In this document: piece by piece, positions 58,529-64,000 of the stretch
Numbering within the stretch: position 1 is the stretch's first letter
Layout: each line of letters starts with the position of its first letter
Position numbers and translations under genes: made by a program
Notes under the pieces: generated by a model
Told to the model about the DNA's origin: nothing
Seen by the model: the letters and a program-made list of their open reading frames with translations, nothing else
Database searches by the model: none
Assembly: GCA_002791275.1 (NCBI GenBank)
Contig: PFWT01000009.1
Span: forward strand, 8,797-72,796
Origin: Candidatus Uhrbacteria bacterium CG_4_9_14_3_um_filter_41_35
GTDB lineage: Bacteria; Patescibacteriota; Patescibacteriia; UBA9934
Length of the DNA: 64,000 bases
Reading direction: 5' to 3'

Positions 58529-59620
58529 ATGTATAAACTATTTGTTAAAATCAGAAATTGGAAAATAAGAACCGCATATCGGTATATTTTAAAACCGATT
58601 CTGTTTAAAATGGATCCTGAGTTTGTGCACGATCGGTTTATGATCGCCGGTCGGCTAATTGGCGGAAACGCAGTAACTCGAGCTTTAAACAGTTTAATGT
58701 TCAACTACCAAAGTAAAATGCTAGAACAAGAGATCTTGGGAATAAATTTCAGGAATCCAATCGGTCTATCGGCTGGTTTTGATAAAAATGCGATTCTAAC
58801 AGACGTAATGCCAACAGTTGGTTTTGGTTTTGAAGAAGTTGGATCGATCACGGGTTTAGAGTGTGCTGGAAACCCAAAGCCGAGGCTATGGCGTCATATA
58901 GACAAGCAAAGTTTGCGAGTTTACTATGGTTTAAAAAATGACGGAGCTGAGGTCATTGCTAAACGACTTAAAAACAAAAAATTTAAATTTCCAATTGGTA
59001 TTAGTATCGCAAAAACAAATTGCGCCGAAACCGTGGATACGGCCGCGGCAATTGCAGATTACAAAAAAGCTATGTTAGCTTTCGATGACATTGGTGATTA
59101 CCTTACGATTAATATTAGTTGTCCAAACACTTTTGGCGGTCAACCGTTCACAGATCCAGTGCGATTTGAAGCACTGTTAAAAGGTCTTCTGACTTCAATT
59201 GACCACAAACCGGTTTTTATCAAACTTTCACCGGATCTTAGTAAGAATGAACTTCTGAAGTTGTTAGATATTGCCGAGCGCTACACGGTTGACGGTGTTA
59301 TTTGTAGCAATTTAACAAAAGAACATTCAGAAGGGCAGGGTGGACTTTCAGGTAAAGTTGTCGCTGAAAAATCTCTAAAAATAATTAAAATAATCCGTAA
59401 ATACTACGGAGATCGGTTCGTAATTGTGGCCGTGGGTGGTATCTTTAACGCAGACGACGCCTACCGCGCCATTAAAGCTGGAGCGTCACTCATCCAACTG
59501 ATCACTGGTATGATCTTTGGTGGACCGCAAACAATTAGTGAGATTAACGTTGGTTTAGTGGAAAGATTGAAAGCAGACGGTTATTTAAACATTTCAGAGG
59601 CAGTGGGTAAAAGTAGATAA
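58529..59620 (+). CDS. pyrD: Class 2 (quinone-dependent) dihydroorotate dehydrogenase-like flavoprotein
   Basis: Membrane-association N-terminal extension. GLSAGFDKN, GFGFEEVGSIT, PRLWRH, the catalytic region, GISIAKTN and the C-terminal FMN-phosphate binding motif GG. Confidence 0.7.
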   Translation: MYKLFVKIRNWKIRTAYRYILKPILFKMDPEFVHDRFMIAGRLIGGNAVTRALNSLMFNYQSKMLEQEILGINFRNPIGLSAGFDKNAILTDVMPTVGFGFEEVGSITGLECAGNPKPRLWRHIDKQSLRVYYGLKNDGAEVIAKRLKNKKFKFPIGISIAKTNCAETVDTAAAIADYKKAMLAFDDIGDYLTINISCPNTFGGQPFTDPVRFEALLKGLLTSIDHKPVFIKLSPDLSKNELLKLLDIAERYTVDGVICSNLTKEHSEGQGGLSGKVVAEKSLKIIKIIRKYYGDRFVIVAVGGIFNADDAYRAIKAGASLIQLITGMIFGGPQTISEINVGLVERLKADGYLNISEAVGKSR

Positions 59621-59622
59621 AC

Positions 59623-59655
59623 AAAAAATCCTCGAATTAATCGAGGATTTTTTAT
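59623..59655. terminator. Bidirectional rho-independent terminator
   Basis: aatcctcga/tcgaggatt 9-bp stem flanked by A- and T-runs between convergent genes. Confidence 0.65.
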
Positions 59656-60659
59656 AACGCTGTTTTTAAATTTGATTTTTTGTTTTTTGCCATTTTTCGA
59701 AGATCAGCCACTCTGTCACTCTCGTCCATAATCTCCTGACCAACAATTTCCTCCAAAATATCCTCAACTGTAATCACTCCTTCAACATTCTTAAATTCAT
59801 CAATCGCAACAAACATATGATTTCGCGTATTGATAAAGGCATTTAGTACGTCATCGAGTTTACTTTTAGACGAGACAGAATAGACGGTGTTATTCATGAG
59901 CTCGCCAACATGTTTACCAATTATTTCGCGACCAACTAAGTTTTTTATGTATAACAAACCAACTATATTATTTTGTTGTCCGTTATAGACTGGAAATCTG
60001 GAGTGACCAGTTTTTCTTAATTTAATTATTAGGGTAGTTGTAAATTTTTGGTTTTGATCGAGCATCATAGCAACAGAAGCTGGCGTCATAACCTCCTCTA
60101 CACGACGATCAGAAAATGTAAGCGCACCTTTTAAAATTCTTTCTTCATCGGCATCAATATTAGATTCAACCGAGTCTTCGTGTTCCTCGATAAATTCGAT
60201 GAGCTCATGTTTTGAATAAATTGTTGGCATTTCTGAACCTAACATCTTATTAAGTACCCAAGCAATGGGGTAGGTGAGCGGGAAAAGAAGTGCTAAAAAT
60301 ATCCAAACGAGCCAAGTAGTTTGAGCCCCGAATTTCAAAGCGTGCCTTGAAATAACCGCCTGTGGAATAATTTCTCCAAAGAGAAAAATTAAGGCTGTGG
60401 CCACTATACCTGCAACAACGCCGGTTGCGATACTGCCTAAAAAGACAGAAAGAGCAGAATTAACCCCAACGTTGCCGAGCAAGAGAGTTGCGAGCAAGAG
60501 GTTACCGTGTTTACGAATTGGGTAGATTTTAATTGCGTTTTTATCTCCTAGTTTGGCTTTTCGCTTTAATTCGTGAACATCGAGACCCATTAAACCAAGG
60601 GTGAGTCCAGAAAAAAGTGCTGAAAAACCAATGAGGAGAAGCGTTATGACATATTCCAT
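59652..60659 (-). CDS. CNNM/CorC-HlyC family transporter (DUF21 + tandem CBS + CorC_HlyC)
   Basis: N-terminal 4-TM DUF21, a CBS pair and a C-terminal transporter-associated domain (VEGVITVEDILEEIVG). Confidence 0.8.
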   Translation of the reverse strand: MEYVITLLLIGFSALFSGLTLGLMGLDVHELKRKAKLGDKNAIKIYPIRKHGNLLLATLLLGNVGVNSALSVFLGSIATGVVAGIVATALIFLFGEIIPQAVISRHALKFGAQTTWLVWIFLALLFPLTYPIAWVLNKMLGSEMPTIYSKHELIEFIEEHEDSVESNIDADEERILKGALTFSDRRVEEVMTPASVAMMLDQNQKFTTTLIIKLRKTGHSRFPVYNGQQNNIVGLLYIKNLVGREIIGKHVGELMNNTVYSVSSKSKLDDVLNAFINTRNHMFVAIDEFKNVEGVITVEDILEEIVGQEIMDESDRVADLRKMAKNKKSNLKTAL

Positions 60660-60713
60660 GTAGCCGGAGTATAGCAGGAAGACGGATAAAAATAAAGATG
60701 GTAAAATATAGGT

Positions 60714-60944
60714 ATGACAAACCTCAATCTAGAACATCCGTTATTTACTACACTGGTCACAAATTTTACCGTGCCCGATCTTGAACTTGGAATCTCGAAA
60801 TTAAAAGAACTTATAGCATCTGAACAAGATAAAAATTCAGCTTTAACAAGCAGATTACTAGAACTTGAAAAAGAAAAAGCAGAACGTCAGAAAAACATCG
60901 ACTTGGCTACAGCCAATAAATTACGCGTAGATTTAAAACTTTAA
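60714..60944 (+). CDS. Small coiled-coil hypothetical protein
   Basis: 76-aa ORF with heptad repeats. Confidence 0.3.
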   Translation: MTNLNLEHPLFTTLVTNFTVPDLELGISKLKELIASEQDKNSALTSRLLELEKEKAERQKNIDLATANKLRVDLKL

Positions 60945-60945
60945 T

Positions 60946-61164
60946 ATGGCAAATGTTCAAAATAACGACGTAATAGTTCAAAATGAAGCAAGTTCTGGTA
61001 CCACTTCAGAGAAAAGTCTAGAATCTAATCTAGTAGATCCTGAAAAATTAAAGACACTTCAAGATGAAATGACTAGTCTTCGGGGAGAGCTAGAAGGTGT
61101 TTTGCGAGCTAATAGTGATCTTGAAGAAATGGTTGCTATGGCAGAAAGTGAACTGGGGCGCTAA
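60946..61164 (+). CDS. Small coiled-coil hypothetical protein
   Basis: 72-aa ORF starting 2 nt after the previous one. Confidence 0.3.
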   Translation: MANVQNNDVIVQNEASSGTTSEKSLESNLVDPEKLKTLQDEMTSLRGELEGVLRANSDLEEMVAMAESELGR

Positions 61165-61165
61165 T

Positions 61166-61570
61166 ATGAAAAAACCTCACTACACCGACGAATATTTCAA
61201 AAAACGGCTAACTGAAGAACAGTATAAAATTTTAAGAGCGCACGAAACCGAACCGGCTTTTAGCGGTGAGTATCTGAATTTTGATGCCAGTGGTCGCTAT
61301 AACTGTGCCGGTTGCGGACAGCCGGTGTTTGAATCTACAACAAAATTCCACTCCGGCTCCGGCTGGCCAAGTTTTTATGATGTTTTTCAAGCAGGTAATA
61401 TTGGGTTTAGAAAAGACACCGCGCTCGGCATTGAGCGAGTAGAAGCTTTTTGCAACCACTGCGGTTCGCACTTAGGCCACGTTTTCGATGACGGCCCAAA
61501 ACCCACTGGTAAACGTTACTGCGTAAACTCACTTGCACTCAAATTTGAGCCTAGAAAAACTAAAATCTAA
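61166..61570 (+). CDS. msrB: Peptide-methionine (R)-S-oxide reductase MsrB
   Basis: Two CxxC zinc-binding pairs (CAGCGQPVF, CNHCGSHLGH) and catalytic WPSF/RYC motifs. Start set at MKKPHYT. Confidence 0.85.
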   Translation: MKKPHYTDEYFKKRLTEEQYKILRAHETEPAFSGEYLNFDASGRYNCAGCGQPVFESTTKFHSGSGWPSFYDVFQAGNIGFRKDTALGIERVEAFCNHCGSHLGHVFDDGPKPTGKRYCVNSLALKFEPRKTKI

Positions 61571-61619
61571 TTTCTATACGTAATTTAATTTTAAATAATT
61601 CAGTCACCAAAAAAACTAA

Positions 61620-61645
61620 AATAATCCCGAAAGGGATTTTTATAG
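61620..61645. terminator. Rho-independent terminator between convergent msrB and RRM genes
   Basis: aatccc/gggatt stem, gaaa loop, TTTTTAT. Confidence 0.55.
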
Positions 61646-61663
61646 TTTTATTAAATAGAAAAT

Positions 61664-61921
61664 CTAGACTGCTTCTTTTGGCCGTGCAATATTCACGTTG
61701 ATTTTTCGACCATCAAGTTCGTTGCCGTCTAACATTTTAATTGCGTTTTGTGCTTCGTCTTCGGTAAGCATAGTCACAAAACCGTAACCTTTACTTCGTT
61801 TTGTTGCGTTGTCCATAATGATATGAACATCCTCTACCTCACCAGCCGATTGAAAAAGGTCCTTAAGCGAGTCGTTATTTACTGAAAACGGTAAATTACC
61901 GATAAATAGTTTATTTGTCAT
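61664..61921 (-). CDS. RRM-domain RNA-binding protein
   Basis: RNP2 LFIGNL and RNP1 KGYGFVTM. Start set at MTNKLF. Confidence 0.75.
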   Translation of the reverse strand: MTNKLFIGNLPFSVNNDSLKDLFQSAGEVEDVHIIMDNATKRSKGYGFVTMLTEDEAQNAIKMLDGNELDGRKINVNIARPKEAV

Positions 61922-62055
61922 ACCATAAAATATGGGTTTTAGGTTAAATAAAAGCAACCTAATCACACCTAAAACACATTACCTAAGTTAATTTTTGATT
62001 ATGGTTATATTATATTCAATAATTTCACCAATTATTGTGATATTATATAATCGTA

Positions 62056-63402
62056 ATGATATTGTATCACAAAAATATGAACCAGAGCACAAAAATACAG
62101 CTAAAATCAGAGTCAGTCCTGCTGGATAAAAATGAAATTGCTAGAACGGCTGATTTGCTATCTGATTACATTCAATATTTGAATTCTGTTGCTGAATCTC
62201 AAAAATATGAAGCCCCAGAATCGAGCATTAATTTACCCACTGATAATAAAATGCTTGAAGTTATCGAACAGGTTTTGCTTAAATTCAAAAATGCTCAGCT
62301 TAAATATGTAGTCGTGGTCGGTATTGGTGGTTCAAATTTAGGAACAATGGCAGTGTATGACGCTGTTTTAAAAGATCAAAATCAACAAACCAACCCCTTA
62401 CCTCAAATTCTATTCGCCGATACCGTTTCTGCAAAATCCTTACAGAATTTAATAAATATTTTGCTAACCTGCTCAAAAGCAAATGAGTTTGCAATAAACG
62501 TAATTAGTAAGTCTGGTGGAACTACGGAAACAATTGCGAATTTTGAGATTATATATTCTGCACTTAGGGAAAAGTTTATAGACATTGATCGCCGAATAAT
62601 TGTCACAACTGAAATTGATTCAAAACTCTGGCTGGAATCAACCGCAAAAAAATGGAGTACTGTTTCTTTGCCAAATATTGTTGGTGGTAGGTACTCGGTT
62701 TTTTCAACGGTTGGCCTAATTCCGCTAGCTCTAGCTGGCTTGAACATTCAGGAATTGCTAGGTGGTGCCTTACAAATGCGAAACGCTTGTCTTCAATCAG
62801 ATAATCAGTTTAATCCAGCCTTATTGAGTGCTGTTGTTACTTTTTTACATTATAAAAATGGCGTTAAAATCAACAATAGTTTTTTCTTCAATCCAGAACT
62901 CGAGTCACTAGGGAAGTGGTGCAGGCAACTGATGGGTGAGAGTTTAGGTAAGCAGTTTGATAGTGTTGGCACCGAGGTTCGCGCTGGCATTACACCTATT
63001 GTTTCAATCGGTTCAACTGATCTGCATTCAATGGCACAGCTGTATTTTGGTGGACCTAAAGATAAACTAACAACTATCATTTATCACTCTGAAACAGAGT
63101 CTAAGCTAACTGTACCAAACGAGCGTATGTTGCCAAGTTTGATAGTTGGCATTAACGGCAAGTCTCCAGCAAAACTTATGGACGCTATTGTTGGCGGTGT
63201 CGCCGAAGCCTATAAAATGAATGGTCTACCTTATGTAACGCTACAACTACCAACTATTTCTGCAGAAACTCTGGGTGAATTGTTACAATTTAAAATGCTT
63301 GAAACGATGTTCCTGGCTCACTTAATGAACCTAAACGCCTTTGATCAACCAAATGTTGAGGATTACAAGAGTGGCACAAAGAAATTGCTCGAGTCTACTT
63401 AA
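62056..63402 (+). CDS. pgi: Glucose-6-phosphate isomerase
   Basis: PGI signature VVVGIGGSNLGTMAV, the sugar-isomerase fold and the C-terminal conserved region. The start could be the MNQSTK Met at 62077. Confidence 0.75.
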   Translation: MILYHKNMNQSTKIQLKSESVLLDKNEIARTADLLSDYIQYLNSVAESQKYEAPESSINLPTDNKMLEVIEQVLLKFKNAQLKYVVVVGIGGSNLGTMAVYDAVLKDQNQQTNPLPQILFADTVSAKSLQNLINILLTCSKANEFAINVISKSGGTTETIANFEIIYSALREKFIDIDRRIIVTTEIDSKLWLESTAKKWSTVSLPNIVGGRYSVFSTVGLIPLALAGLNIQELLGGALQMRNACLQSDNQFNPALLSAVVTFLHYKNGVKINNSFFFNPELESLGKWCRQLMGESLGKQFDSVGTEVRAGITPIVSIGSTDLHSMAQLYFGGPKDKLTTIIYHSETESKLTVPNERMLPSLIVGINGKSPAKLMDAIVGGVAEAYKMNGLPYVTLQLPTISAETLGELLQFKMLETMFLAHLMNLNAFDQPNVEDYKSGTKKLLEST

Positions 63403-63452
63403 AGACGAATTCCCTGGAGTACCTTGATTTTTCCTTATAATTTGCTAGGCTA

Positions 63453-63863
63453 GTGCCGGAGGTGAGTGTGAGGGTCATTTCTAAAAAAATACATCCAGAT
63501 CTTAGTAGGAGTGCACTTCATCGGGAGTTTAAGCAAATACTACCAGTTCCTGAGATATATAAGGAGACCGTTTCGGTGTTCCCAGGTGAACGCATTGGTC
63601 ACCATTTTCACCTTTTGAAACGTTGCATTCTGATCTGCACAAAAGGTAAACTGACTCTCTACAGACAGAGAAAAGGAGGTGGAGTAGTTTGCACAACCAT
63701 GTCTGCCAACCCTGCAGACGGAAACCATTACTGCTACGCGATCATAGATCCCGAGACAACGTATCTGGTTACGAATTCGACCACGACAGCGTCGGAACTC
63801 GAAATCTGGTCAGATCAACCTAAAAACCCGTCCGATAACCACGAATTGAGAATCGTCCTATAA
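63453..63863 (+). CDS. Cupin-like protein resembling FdtA/WxcM C-terminal sugar 3,4-ketoisomerase domain
   Basis: PGERIGHHFHLLKRCILICTKGKLTL resembles the RGxHAH...L(x)Q(x)LIALSG core of FdtA-like isomerases. Weak. Confidence 0.35.
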   Translation: MPEVSVRVISKKIHPDLSRSALHREFKQILPVPEIYKETVSVFPGERIGHHFHLLKRCILICTKGKLTLYRQRKGGGVVCTTMSANPADGNHYCYAIIDPETTYLVTNSTTTASELEIWSDQPKNPSDNHELRIVL

Positions 63864-63865
63864 CA

Positions 63866-63898
63866 AAAACCGCCCGGAGTAGGGCGGTATTTTTTTAC
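63866..63898 (+). terminator. Rho-independent terminator
   Basis: accgccc/gggcggt stem with an 8-T run. Confidence 0.7.
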
Positions 63899-64000
63899 TT
63901 GCAGTTGCTATTATCGAGCTGAGCGATAAAGGCAAGTAAAAAGACGGTGATCATACTATACTTTAGAATTGAAGGAGCATCGTGCCTCGTGATTACAAAG

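Noticed and set aside
60714-61164. Possible toxin-antitoxin pair (two adjacent small ORFs of 76 and 72 aa).
   Set aside because: Neither has a recognisable toxin or antitoxin fold motif (no RHH/HTH, PIN, RelE or similar signature visible). Both are just acidic coiled-coil peptides. Left as low-confidence hypothetical CDSs.

Overview
Low-GC (about 35-40%) bacterial chromosomal window with tightly packed genes, short intergenic spacers and many rho-independent terminators, several of them bidirectional. Many proteins are small or hypothetical, which fits a reduced-genome bacterium, possibly a Patescibacteria/CPR lineage; this cannot be confirmed from sequence alone.

Content:
- Housekeeping and stress genes: M23 peptidase, two ABC-F ATPases, CspA, GreA, MarR with a heterodimeric ABC exporter pair, an RsmB/F-like methyltransferase, thioredoxin plus a Trx-domain/TrxR fusion behind an ArsR regulator, RdgB, RecQ, GdhA, Xth, a DEAD-box helicase with an RGG tail, TruB, MsrB, Pgi and a CorC/CNNM transporter.
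- One tRNA-Asn(GTT).
- A roughly 14.5 kb surface-glycan island on both strands. It carries a GtrA/GT2/ArnT-like trio, patatin, glutaredoxin, a minus-strand cysQ-cysN-cysD-cysC PAPS-synthesis operon ending directly in a PAPS-type sulfotransferase, an FkbM methyltransferase, two GT4 glycosyltransferases, a WbaP-like initiating transferase, a PyrD-like oxidoreductase and a degraded IS30 transposase remnant.

Structural features not explained by the genes:
- A modular MITE-like repeat family (head-body-tail units with imperfect 14-bp terminal inverted repeats CCGTCATTCTGAGG...CTTCAGGATGACGG, plus conserved linkers) at three loci: about 4838-5133, 23388-23560 and 36363-36950.
- A 279-bp, 99.6% identical inverted duplication of the 3-prime coding end of the DEAD-box helicase gene (30205-30483 versus 40042-40320) that brackets a 9.56-kb segment.
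- A 24-bp perfect palindrome at 36237-36287.
- A shared 28-bp palindromic operator (TAsTATATCAAT-N4-ATTGATATAsTA) at the arsR-trxA-trxR operon start and upstream of gdhA.

No CRISPR array, rRNA gene or intact prophage was seen.
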